From an uncultured Candidatus Saccharibacteria bacterium (GTDB lineage Bacteria > Patescibacteriota > Saccharimonadia > Saccharimonadales > JAGQNJ01): a stretch of DNA of 64,000 nucleotides. The translations under genes were made by a program, and so were the position numbers. The notes beneath the pieces were generated by a model, which was not told the origin of the DNA, did no database searches, and saw nothing but the letters and a program-made list of their open reading frames with translations. Within the stretch, counting starts at the first letter, position 1, and the number at the start of each line of letters is the position of its first letter. Positions 29,445 to 38,772 of the stretch are shown here, piece by piece. Where the stretch lies: assembly GCA_964510945.1 (NCBI GenBank), contig CAZEED010000003.1:16222-80221 (forward strand), written 5' to 3'.

Positions 29445-30227
29445 ATGACAGCGAACTATTATAAAAGAGGCCAGGCCTACATACCTGGTCAGACTGAAGC
29501 ATTTAAAGTAAGTCGAAGTAAAATCGAATTGTTCACGCAGTGCCCAAGGTGTTTTTGGTTGGATGCCCGACTAAAATTAAAGAGACCAAATGGACCACCC
29601 TTTAGAATTAACAGCGCTGTAGATGAATTATTGAAAAAAGAATTTGATGAGTTTCGAAGTAAAAAACAACCTCATCCGATAATGACTGAATATGAGGTTG
29701 AAGCAGTGCCTTATGCTCACAAAGATTTAGATAAATGGCGAGAAAATTTTGTAGGAGTTCAATACCTGGATGATGCTTCTAATCTGTTTGTCACTGGTGC
29801 GGTAGATGATATTTGGGTCAATAATAATGATGAACTTATCGTGGTTGATTATAAAGCCACTGCAAAACAGTCGGACGTTAATATAGATGCCGATTGGCAA
29901 ATGTCATATAAACGGCAAATGGAAGTGTACCAATGGTTACTACGACAAAACGGCTTCAAGGTAAATGATACTGGATACTTTGTTTATGCAAATGGTCGGC
30001 TTGATATGGATGGATTTCACGATCGAATAGAATTTAGAACTATAGTCATTCCATATGTTGGCGATGATAGTTGGGTCGGAAAAACACTGCTGAACATGAA
30101 AAAATGTTTAGAGGGAGAGATGCCTGCGGTAGGCAAAGCAGCGATGGGTGGAGATTGTGATTATTGTGAGTATGCTAAAAAACGAACAGAATTAACAATA
30201 AAACACCTACAAAACAATAAGAAATAA
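29445..30227 (+). CDS. PD-(D/E)XK nuclease with Cas4/AddB-like Cys cluster
   Basis: 260 aa with an N-terminal CPRC, GAVDDIW...VVDYKAT (D..DxK), QMEVYQWLL (QxxxY) and a C-terminal C...CDYC. Confidence 0.7.
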   Translation: MTANYYKRGQAYIPGQTEAFKVSRSKIELFTQCPRCFWLDARLKLKRPNGPPFRINSAVDELLKKEFDEFRSKKQPHPIMTEYEVEAVPYAHKDLDKWRENFVGVQYLDDASNLFVTGAVDDIWVNNNDELIVVDYKATAKQSDVNIDADWQMSYKRQMEVYQWLLRQNGFKVNDTGYFVYANGRLDMDGFHDRIEFRTIVIPYVGDDSWVGKTLLNMKKCLEGEMPAVGKAAMGGDCDYCEYAKKRTELTIKHLQNNKK

Positions 30228-30245
30228 AGCTATAATAGAGACAGT

Positions 30246-31544
30246 ATGATAGATATCCAAATTGTGAGGGATAACCCTGAGTTAGTTAAGAAAAAAGCCC
30301 AACAAAAAGGCTATGAAGTTGATACTGGCAAATTACTTCAATTAGATGGACAAAAGAAAGATCTCCAACAACAAGTCGAATCACTAAGAGCAGAACGTAA
30401 TGATCTTGCTTCAAGTACAAAAGGGCAAAAACCAAGTGAGGCGATAGTACAAAAAGGTAAAGACCTAAAAGATCGATTGGCAGAATTAGAAGATGATCTG
30501 TCGAAAGTTGAAAAACTATATTCTGAGCTCATTAACAAATTCCCTAATTTGCCCTTAGGAGAGATTGTCCCAATTGGCTCTAGTGAAGATGAAAACAAAG
30601 TAATAAGAACCGTCGGCAAAAAACCAGATTTTGATTTCAAGCCCAAAAATCATTGGGAGATTGCCCATGAAAAAGGTTGGCTGGATAAAGAACGTGCCGT
30701 TAAAGTTGCTGGCAGTAGGTTTGTTTATATTAAAGGAGATTTGGCTAGATTAGAGTTTGCGTTGTGGCAATACGGCTTAGATATAATAACTAACACTGAG
30801 GTTATAAAGAATATCGTTGAGGATACCAAATTAAAGGTCAGCGCAAAGCCGTTTACCTTTGTTATACCGCCAGCAGTTGCCAAAACAGCAGTTTTTCAGG
30901 CGACTGGACGGCTAAATAAAGAAGAGCAGACTTACAAATTAGAAGATGAAGATCTCTGGCTTAACGCGAGTGCCGAGCATACTCTTGCGCCAATGTATAT
31001 GAACGAAATTTTGGATGAAAAAGATTTACCAATTCGATACACAGGATACACGACGGCATTTAGAAGAGAGGCTGGGACGTACGGAAAAGACACAGAAGGT
31101 ATTTTTCGTTTACATCAATTCAACAAGTTAGAAATGGAGAGTTTTTGTAATCCTGACGAATCCTTTGATGAGCATCTTTTTATGGTAGCCATTGAAGAAT
31201 ATCTAATGAAATCACTAAAGTTACCTTATCAAGTTATAGAGAAATGTACTGCAGACATTGGCTTTCCTAACGCAAAGGGTGTAGACATAAATACTTGGTT
31301 ACCGGGACAAGACAAGTATCGAGAAACTCACACGGCTGATTATATTACTGATTTTCAAGCCCGAAGTATGAAAACAAGATTCCGGCGAGAAGACGGTAAA
31401 GTAGAGTTTGTACACACCAATGATGCGACAGTATTTTCCGAGAGGCCCCTGGTAGCCATAATTGAAAATTATCAGACAAAAGATGGTGATGTGTTGATTC
31501 CGGAAGTGTTAAAAAAGTATATGAATGAAAGGGAGAAAATATAA
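30246..31544 (+). CDS. serS: Serine--tRNA ligase
   Basis: 432 aa with an N-terminal coiled-coil arm and class II motifs (TAFRREAG). Confidence 0.96.
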   Translation: MIDIQIVRDNPELVKKKAQQKGYEVDTGKLLQLDGQKKDLQQQVESLRAERNDLASSTKGQKPSEAIVQKGKDLKDRLAELEDDLSKVEKLYSELINKFPNLPLGEIVPIGSSEDENKVIRTVGKKPDFDFKPKNHWEIAHEKGWLDKERAVKVAGSRFVYIKGDLARLEFALWQYGLDIITNTEVIKNIVEDTKLKVSAKPFTFVIPPAVAKTAVFQATGRLNKEEQTYKLEDEDLWLNASAEHTLAPMYMNEILDEKDLPIRYTGYTTAFRREAGTYGKDTEGIFRLHQFNKLEMESFCNPDESFDEHLFMVAIEEYLMKSLKLPYQVIEKCTADIGFPNAKGVDINTWLPGQDKYRETHTADYITDFQARSMKTRFRREDGKVEFVHTNDATVFSERPLVAIIENYQTKDGDVLIPEVLKKYMNEREKI

Positions 31545-31910
31545 ATGATTCAAAAAATGGAAGTTCAGGGTGTTAATCTAAAGGTTGATAGTGATTTAGC
31601 GAAGTATGTTGATAAAAAATTAGGACGCCTAGACAAATATATGCCACGTCATTCTAGAGAGTCAGCGCATATGGTTGTTTATCTAAAAGAAAAAATTATA
31701 AAAACTAAAAAAGAATGCACTTGTGAGGTAGTTATAAAATTGCCTAAGGAAACTATCACTACAAAGGAAGCCACTATTAATATATACGCGGCTATAGATA
31801 TAGTAGAGACAAAATTGAAGAATCAATTAAAGAAATACAAAGATATAAATACTAATCACAAAGTCTCTAATAAAATTCTCGCAAAATTACGTTCGCGAAA
31901 GACTAGATAG
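31545..31910 (+). CDS. hpf: Ribosome hibernation factor (short HPF/RaiA family)
   Basis: 121 aa. The pattern YVDKKLGRLDKYMP is typical of the S30AE/HPF family. Its position upstream of secA matches Firmicutes. Confidence 0.8.
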   Translation: MIQKMEVQGVNLKVDSDLAKYVDKKLGRLDKYMPRHSRESAHMVVYLKEKIIKTKKECTCEVVIKLPKETITTKEATINIYAAIDIVETKLKNQLKKYKDINTNHKVSNKILAKLRSRKTR

Positions 31911-31965
31911 ATAAGTTACAATTAATAAAGCTAAAAAAACGAGTTTAGGGAAGAGACAATAAATA

Positions 31966-34596
31966 GTGAATAAGATAGCAAAAAAAATATTAGGTGATCC
32001 TCAAGCTAGGACCTTAAAACGATTAACAAAAAAAGTTAAGGATATTAATGTTTTAGCTCCAAAGTATCAAAAGATGTCCGATGCTCAGCTAAAAAAACAG
32101 ACCTCGTTACTTAAACAAAAATTGGAAACATCTAGTCTGGACAAAATACTTCCGGATGCTTTTGCACTAGTTAGAGAAACTGCAACTAGGGTAATTGGTC
32201 AACGGCATTTTGATGTGCAGTTAATTGGTGGAATGGTGCTGCATGAAGGCGCGGTCGCCGAGATGAAAACTGGGGAAGGAAAAACGCTGGTTGCTACTCT
32301 TCCTTTGTTTCTCAATGCACTAGAAGGTAAGGGTGCACATTTAATTACAGTTAACGACTATTTAGCTCGTTTGCACGGTGGTTGGATGGGTGAAATTTAT
32401 GATTTTCTTGGTTTAAGTGTTGGCGTGATTATGCCAGACGAGTCGTTTATATTTGATAAAAAGTTTAGTGATGATTCTCATGATGATGCGAGATTTAGAC
32501 ATTTAAAACCTTGTAGTAGACAAGAAGCCTATGCTGCCGATATTACTTACGGTACTAATAATGAATTTGGATTTGATTATCTTCGCGACAATATGGTTAG
32601 AGAAGTTGATCAACTGCGACAACGAGAGCTAAATTTTGCTATTGTTGACGAAGTCGACTCGATTTTGATAGATGAAGCTCGAACACCGCTAATTATCTCT
32701 GCCCCTGCGGCGGCGAGCGCAAATGCCTATGAACAATTTGCTCGCATCGTAAGTCGTTTAAATAGTGAAAATCACTACGAAAAAGATGAAAAGAGAAAGG
32801 CAGTAGTTCTTACTGATGAAGGTATTGAAGAAGTTGAAAAAATCTTAGGAATTGATAACCTTTACGCTACAGAAAATATCCGGACAATTTATCATCTAGA
32901 ACAAGCTTTACGTGCGAGAGCATTATTTGAAAGAGATAAAAACTATGTGGTTACTTCAGATGGCGAAGTAGTTATAGTCGACGAGTTTACTGGCCGATTA
33001 CTAAAGGGAAGAAGATATAACGAAGGGTTACACCAAGCTATAGAGGCCAAAGAAGGCGTTGCAGTACAAGAAGAGTCAATGACACTTGCAACCATCAGTT
33101 TTCAGAATTTGTTCCGACTATATAGCAAGTTATCCGGTATGACGGGTACCGCAGCTACAGAACAAGAAGAGTTCCATCAAATATATGAGCTTGATGTTAT
33201 AGAGATACCGCCGAATAAAAAAGTTATTCGTAACGATAGGCCAGATAAAATCTTTAAAACAGAGGCGGGAAAGTTCAGAGCGATTGTAAAAGAGCTAAAA
33301 AAACTACATGAAATTGGTCAACCGGTACTAATTGGAACGGTGTCTATTGAAAAAAACGAACTACTTTCAAAATTACTCAACGAAGCAAAGGTTCCTCATC
33401 AAGTACTGAATGCTAAAAATAATGAAAAAGAAGCTCATATCGTAGCAAACGCTGGGCAAAAAGGTGCTGTTACTCTGGCCACTAACATTGCTGGACGAGG
33501 TACAGACATTGTTTTGTCCGAAGAGGTTAAAGAGTTAGGAGGCTTGTTTGTCCTTGGAAGCGAAAGACACGAGTCGAGACGAATCGATAATCAACTGCGG
33601 GGTAGATCTGGTCGGCAAGGAGACCCTGGAGCTAGTCAGTTTTTTGTATCTTGTGAAGATGATCTGATGAGAATCTTTGGTGGTGAGAGGATTGCAGCAG
33701 TGATGGATAGGTTGGCTGCTGACGAAGAGACTCCGATAGAGAATCGATTTATTTCTAAAAGTCTGGAAGGGGCTCAGAAAAAAGTTGAAGGCTTCAACTT
33801 CGATCAACGCAAGAATCTTGTTCAATATGATGATGTTATGAACCGTCACAGAAAAGCAACATATATAATGCGACGTGAAATACTCAAGCAAAATGATATT
33901 AGTCCTAGGATAAAACAGCTGATTGATGCTGAAACTGAAATTATTGCAAATTCTGAAAAAATAACCAGTTATGATTATCAGGATATTGTTGTGGATGTGT
34001 TTCCGTTTAGCGAGAAAACTCTCGATAAATTATTCTCGGCTGACGTCAATAAGTTCCCGCAGCTATTAAAAAAACAGGCTCATTTATTATATGTAGAGCG
34101 AGAGAAATCGTTTACGCCAGAGATAATGAGAAAAGTTGAAAGTGATATATATTTGCAAGTACTCGATAATCTTTGGATGCAACATCTTGAAGAAATGGAT
34201 CACTTGAGAGAAGGGATTGGTTGGATAAGTGTTGGACAGCGCGATCCTTTGGTTGAATATCGCCGACAAGCACAGATTTTGTTCGAAACAATGCAGGGTA
34301 CACTTAGGCATGATGTACTTAAAGCCTTATTTAGTGCAGAGCCATTAGGCGAAGAAGATATAGATGCTCCGATCGAAACTGAGCTAACTAGAGCTGCGCG
34401 TCACTCTATTGAGAATGCCGACAAGATTATTGAGAGCGAAGAGTTTAAGACTAGTGACTTTAAACCGGTTAAATCAACGGCTACGCCAGTTGTTCGTCAA
34501 CGATCTAATATTAAGAAAATTAATACTAAAAAGAAATCAAAAGTAAAATCTCGAAAAGCCGAAAGAAAACGACGAGCAAAAGGTCGCCGAAAATAG
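31966..34596 (+). CDS. secA: Preprotein translocase ATPase SecA (basic tail instead of zinc finger)
   Basis: 876 aa with MKTGEGKTLV and DEVDSILIDEARTPLIIS. The C-terminus is a K/R-rich stretch. GTG start. Confidence 0.97.
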   Translation: MNKIAKKILGDPQARTLKRLTKKVKDINVLAPKYQKMSDAQLKKQTSLLKQKLETSSLDKILPDAFALVRETATRVIGQRHFDVQLIGGMVLHEGAVAEMKTGEGKTLVATLPLFLNALEGKGAHLITVNDYLARLHGGWMGEIYDFLGLSVGVIMPDESFIFDKKFSDDSHDDARFRHLKPCSRQEAYAADITYGTNNEFGFDYLRDNMVREVDQLRQRELNFAIVDEVDSILIDEARTPLIISAPAAASANAYEQFARIVSRLNSENHYEKDEKRKAVVLTDEGIEEVEKILGIDNLYATENIRTIYHLEQALRARALFERDKNYVVTSDGEVVIVDEFTGRLLKGRRYNEGLHQAIEAKEGVAVQEESMTLATISFQNLFRLYSKLSGMTGTAATEQEEFHQIYELDVIEIPPNKKVIRNDRPDKIFKTEAGKFRAIVKELKKLHEIGQPVLIGTVSIEKNELLSKLLNEAKVPHQVLNAKNNEKEAHIVANAGQKGAVTLATNIAGRGTDIVLSEEVKELGGLFVLGSERHESRRIDNQLRGRSGRQGDPGASQFFVSCEDDLMRIFGGERIAAVMDRLAADEETPIENRFISKSLEGAQKKVEGFNFDQRKNLVQYDDVMNRHRKATYIMRREILKQNDISPRIKQLIDAETEIIANSEKITSYDYQDIVVDVFPFSEKTLDKLFSADVNKFPQLLKKQAHLLYVEREKSFTPEIMRKVESDIYLQVLDNLWMQHLEEMDHLREGIGWISVGQRDPLVEYRRQAQILFETMQGTLRHDVLKALFSAEPLGEEDIDAPIETELTRAARHSIENADKIIESEEFKTSDFKPVKSTATPVVRQRSNIKKINTKKKSKVKSRKAERKRRAKGRRK

Positions 34597-34603
34597 CAAT
34601 AAA

Positions 34604-35908
34604 ATGAAACATACTGTATCTCAGGTATCGTTAAAAAATGGAGTAAAAGGATTATTTATTAACGTGCCCGATGCTTCGGTAATGACTTATGAGATTAACT
34701 TTCGTGCTGGTGAGTTTTTATCAACCAGCGAAAAATACGAAACAGCTCATCTAGTAGAACATATATTATTAGGCGCCAATGATCGGTTTCCTAAAAGCAG
34801 ACTATTTCAGGCTGAAGTTGAAAAAAATGGAGCATATTCAAACGCTTCAACTGGGGTGTACGACATTACCTACGAATTCGAGTGCGCTGATTTTGAGTGG
34901 CAGAGGATCTTAGATCTAGCAATCTTATCAATTACCAAACCTTTATTTTTAGAGGATGAGTACAAGGCAGAACTTGGTAACGTAAAAGAAGAGTTGATAT
35001 CTCGATCAAATAATAATTTTAGACATCTAGGTTTAGCCCTGAGGCAAGCCAATGGTCTGATTGCCATGACCGACCAAGAGCGGTTAGAGTATCTGAATAA
35101 TGTAACGATCGACGATATTCGAAAACATTATATCGATACTCACACTACGGGAAACATGCGTTTTGTATTTGCTGGGAATATAACAAAATCTAAGCAGGAA
35201 CAAATGATTGCTCTACTAGAAAACATAGAATTATCAAAGTCGAAGAAAAGAATTGCTTTGCCAATAGAATCCCCTAAAAGGATAAAAAAACCGCTATATA
35301 TTCCGAAATCATCGGTTGAGAATATCTATTTTTATATAGATACCTTTATGGATAGATGGATGAACAATGAAGAAAGCGATGCTCTATCGCTTGCCAACAA
35401 TTTACTAACAGAAACTTTTCATTCTAGAATTTTAGGTGCAGCACGAGAACAGGGGATTGTGTACGATGTTAGTTCTTCTCATGCACGCTGGAACGGAGGA
35501 AGCAACTGGTGGTTTGCGGCTCAAGTCCACCCCGATAACATCAGGACATTGTTTGAATTAATTGTAAAAGAAATACTAAATACGCGGACTGGACTACTTA
35601 GTGAGCAAGATATCCTAAGCTCTAAACAATATGCTTTGGGTCGATATCAGCGTAGCGCCCAGACCGTTTCAGGCACCGCGGCCGGTTATAGTACAAATTA
35701 TTTCTTTAATGATAGTGTCGAGGATTATTATCATATTCCGAAACGGATTGAGGCAGTAACTCTGGGGCAAATTGTCGATATTACCAATAAAATGTTCGAG
35801 AAGAAGATTGGTGGGTTTGGACTGCTCGGAAAAGCAGACGATGGCTTGATAAAAGATCTTTCAAATATCGTAGAACCACTGTGGTCTAAATCATCATTAT
35901 CTAGATAA
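34604..35908 (+). CDS. M16 (pitrilysin/insulinase) family peptidase
   Basis: 434 aa with the inverted zinc motif HLVEH near the N-terminus. Confidence 0.8.
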   Translation: MKHTVSQVSLKNGVKGLFINVPDASVMTYEINFRAGEFLSTSEKYETAHLVEHILLGANDRFPKSRLFQAEVEKNGAYSNASTGVYDITYEFECADFEWQRILDLAILSITKPLFLEDEYKAELGNVKEELISRSNNNFRHLGLALRQANGLIAMTDQERLEYLNNVTIDDIRKHYIDTHTTGNMRFVFAGNITKSKQEQMIALLENIELSKSKKRIALPIESPKRIKKPLYIPKSSVENIYFYIDTFMDRWMNNEESDALSLANNLLTETFHSRILGAAREQGIVYDVSSSHARWNGGSNWWFAAQVHPDNIRTLFELIVKEILNTRTGLLSEQDILSSKQYALGRYQRSAQTVSGTAAGYSTNYFFNDSVEDYYHIPKRIEAVTLGQIVDITNKMFEKKIGGFGLLGKADDGLIKDLSNIVEPLWSKSSLSR

Positions 35909-35954
35909 CGAAGTAGTTTTTAAACTAAAATATCCGACTAGGCTATAATTTAGT

Positions 35955-37049
35955 ATGAATATGCAGGAATTACAGAATAAAATTGACCAGTTAAAGAAAG
36001 AAATACTTGCAGCTTCACAGCAAATTAATCTAGAGGCGTTAAAAGAACGTTTGAAAGATTTAGAATTGCTAGCCAAAGATGAAAAATTTTGGACAGATTC
36101 AAAAAAAGCTCAAAGTATTATGCAGGAGATTGGATCTATAAAACAAAGAATTAAAGTATGGGATGATGGCTTATCGGCCGTTGAAGAATTGCAGGAACTG
36201 TCGAGTTTGAGCGATCAAAAGATGGAGCTAGAGCTTAATCAGCAATACGAAAAACTAGCCAGTGACTTTGAGATGCTAAAAGGTGAACTTAAATTTTCTG
36301 GAGAACATGATAACAATGACGCAATCCTGTCGATTTTTGCGGGAGCAGGTGGTACCGATGCGCAAGATTGGGCCTTGATGCTTCAAAGAATGTATCTAAG
36401 GTACTGTGAAAATCATCATTTTAAAACCGAGATTATCGATCAATCTGCTGGTGAGGAGGCGGGGATCAAAAGCGCAACAATTGCGATTAGTGGCGAATTT
36501 GCCTATGGCATGCTGAAGGGAGAGCACGGGGTTCATCGTCTAGTTAGGCTTAGCCCATTCAATTCTGATAATCTGCGGCAAACAAGTTTTGCGAAAGTTG
36601 ATGTCTTGCCAAAAATCGAGTCGACAACAGAGTTAGAAATTGACGAAAAAGATCTAAAGATTGATGTCTATCGCGCTGGCGGGCATGGTGGACAAAGTGT
36701 TAATACCACAGACTCCGCGGTTCGTATTACTCATATACCGACAGGAGTGGTTGTTAGTATTCAAAACGAACGATCACAACTTCAGAATAAAGAAACCGCA
36801 CTAACTATTTTGCGTTCTAAGCTAGTCCAACTAAAGATTGAACAACATCAAGATACGGTCCAGTCGTTGAAGGGTCCAAATACCTCGGCGGAATGGGGTA
36901 ATCAGATAAGGTCTTATGTGCTTCATCCTTATAAGATGGTCAAAGATCTAAGGACAAAACATGAAACTACTGATGTCACTGCCGTTTTAGATGGAAAGAT
37001 TGATGATTTTATCGATAGCTATCTAAATCAAAATTTAAAAGAAAAATAA
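35955..37049 (+). CDS. prfB: Peptide chain release factor 2, uninterrupted ORF (no programmed frameshift)
   Basis: 364 aa with the SPF tripeptide (RLSPFNS) and GGQ (GGHGGQSVN). The frame is continuous from the N-terminus. Confidence 0.96.
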   Translation: MNMQELQNKIDQLKKEILAASQQINLEALKERLKDLELLAKDEKFWTDSKKAQSIMQEIGSIKQRIKVWDDGLSAVEELQELSSLSDQKMELELNQQYEKLASDFEMLKGELKFSGEHDNNDAILSIFAGAGGTDAQDWALMLQRMYLRYCENHHFKTEIIDQSAGEEAGIKSATIAISGEFAYGMLKGEHGVHRLVRLSPFNSDNLRQTSFAKVDVLPKIESTTELEIDEKDLKIDVYRAGGHGGQSVNTTDSAVRITHIPTGVVVSIQNERSQLQNKETALTILRSKLVQLKIEQHQDTVQSLKGPNTSAEWGNQIRSYVLHPYKMVKDLRTKHETTDVTAVLDGKIDDFIDSYLNQNLKEK

Positions 37050-37096
37050 TCAGTTTGCCCTATGGAAGTCATAGTGCTTTTGCTATAATGTAACCC

Positions 37097-37777
37097 GTGA
37101 TTTTATTAGATCGAGTAACGAGAGTGTATAACAAAACTAACGTAGCTTTAGATCGAGTAAGCCTGCATGTTGAACCTAAAGAGTTTGTGATAATAGTCGG
37201 ACCGAGTGGTGCGGGGAAGTCAACATTCTTAAAGCTACTCACAAGAGAAGAACGCCCGAATAGTGGCAAGATTGTGGTTGGCGGCATTGATTATGAACAC
37301 TTGAAAGATAAAAGGATCCCACTGATACGACGAAAGATTGGAGTAGTTTTTCAGGATTTTAAACTATTGCCCAATAAAACGACTTACGAGAATGTTGCAT
37401 TTGCCCTAGAGATAGTTGGGGCTAGCAATAGCGAAATTAAGCATACGGTTCCACGTGTTTTAGCGATAGTCGGTCTAAAAGGTAAAGAAAAGCAGTACCC
37501 GTGGCAACTTTCTGGAGGAGAAAGACAACGGGCTGCGATTGCGCGTGCCATAGCTAGGCAACCAAAAATTTTAATCGCAGATGAGCCCACCGGAAATCTT
37601 GACCCAGCACACGCTTGGGATGTCATAAAAGTGCTCGAAAAAATTAATAAATACGGCACAACGGTCCTGTTGACGACGCACAACCAAGATATTGTTAACA
37701 AACTTAAACGTAGAGTTATAACAATCGAAAAAGGGAAAATTGTTAGCGATAAAGCTAGAGGAAACTACACGGCATAG
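37097..37777 (+). CDS. ftsE: Cell division ABC ATPase FtsE
   Basis: 226 aa with Walker A GPSGAGKST, signature LSGGERQR and Walker B ILIADEP. GTG start. Confidence 0.95.
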   Translation: MILLDRVTRVYNKTNVALDRVSLHVEPKEFVIIVGPSGAGKSTFLKLLTREERPNSGKIVVGGIDYEHLKDKRIPLIRRKIGVVFQDFKLLPNKTTYENVAFALEIVGASNSEIKHTVPRVLAIVGLKGKEKQYPWQLSGGERQRAAIARAIARQPKILIADEPTGNLDPAHAWDVIKVLEKINKYGTTVLLTTHNQDIVNKLKRRVITIEKGKIVSDKARGNYTA

Positions 37778-37778
37778 T

Positions 37779-38729
37779 ATGAAAAGAGGGCTAATACAAT
37801 TCGAAAGAATACTAAAAAGCGGTGTAATCAATTTCGTTAGGAATGCTTGGTTAGCTGTGGCGGCAATAGCGGTAATGGTGATTACGCTATCAATTTTATT
37901 ATTTTCGGTTATCGCCAACGCGACGTTTGCTAATACGATCGCTCAAATTACAGATAAAATTGATATATCTGTCTATCTTACGGATGAGGTAGCGAATAAT
38001 CAGGATCAACGCGATCAGTTAGTAACCAGCATAAAGTCACTGGATAACGTTAAATCTGTTGAATACGTATCTAAAGACGATGCTTTAGCCTCCTATAAGG
38101 AACAAAATAAAGACAATCTTGACCTACTTGTGGCGATTTCGCAGACGGACAATCCGTTGCCTGCCAGTTTACTTATAAAACCGATCAATACTGATAATAT
38201 TCAGCCGATTAAAGAGTTCTTGGAAAGTCCCGATATCAAAAAACTTCAGTCGGAAGAAACTTCATATTCTGGCGACAGAAAAGAAGCGATTGATAAAATC
38301 GCTTCGGCAACTACCTTTATCCGCAGAGCAGGGGTAATTAGTGTAATTATCTTTGCCATGATATCTATGCTAATAATCTTTAATACTATTCGAATGGCAA
38401 TCTTTAATCGTAGAGAAGAATTGGCAATTATGAGATTGCTCGGGGCAAGTACCTCATATATTAGGGGACCATTTGTGGTAGAGACAATAATGTATGGGGT
38501 AATCTCGGCAATTATTTCCGTTTCGTTATGTAGTGCCGTGTTTGCCGTCCAGACTAACGCCTTTAGTGCCAGCACACTAGGATTACTTGATATCCAGTAT
38601 GCTAGTGATTATTTTGCCAAATACTTCTGGCATATTCTGCTAATCCAGTTATTAATTGGTGTACTTATCGGGGGAGCGTCTTCGATAATTGCAACGCGTC
38701 GATATCTGAAATTTAAAAGTTCAAAATAA
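37779..38729 (+). CDS. ftsX: Cell division ABC permease-like protein FtsX
   Basis: 4 TM segments with a large extracellular loop. The ATG lies 1 nt after the ftsE stop. The ORF-track start 37740 overlaps ftsE. Confidence 0.93.
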   Translation: MKRGLIQFERILKSGVINFVRNAWLAVAAIAVMVITLSILLFSVIANATFANTIAQITDKIDISVYLTDEVANNQDQRDQLVTSIKSLDNVKSVEYVSKDDALASYKEQNKDNLDLLVAISQTDNPLPASLLIKPINTDNIQPIKEFLESPDIKKLQSEETSYSGDRKEAIDKIASATTFIRRAGVISVIIFAMISMLIIFNTIRMAIFNRREELAIMRLLGASTSYIRGPFVVETIMYGVISAIISVSLCSAVFAVQTNAFSASTLGLLDIQYASDYFAKYFWHILLIQLLIGVLIGGASSIIATRRYLKFKSSK

Positions 38730-38772
38730 TTTATAAAGATTGTCAAATTATGAAGGCTATGCTATAATACTT

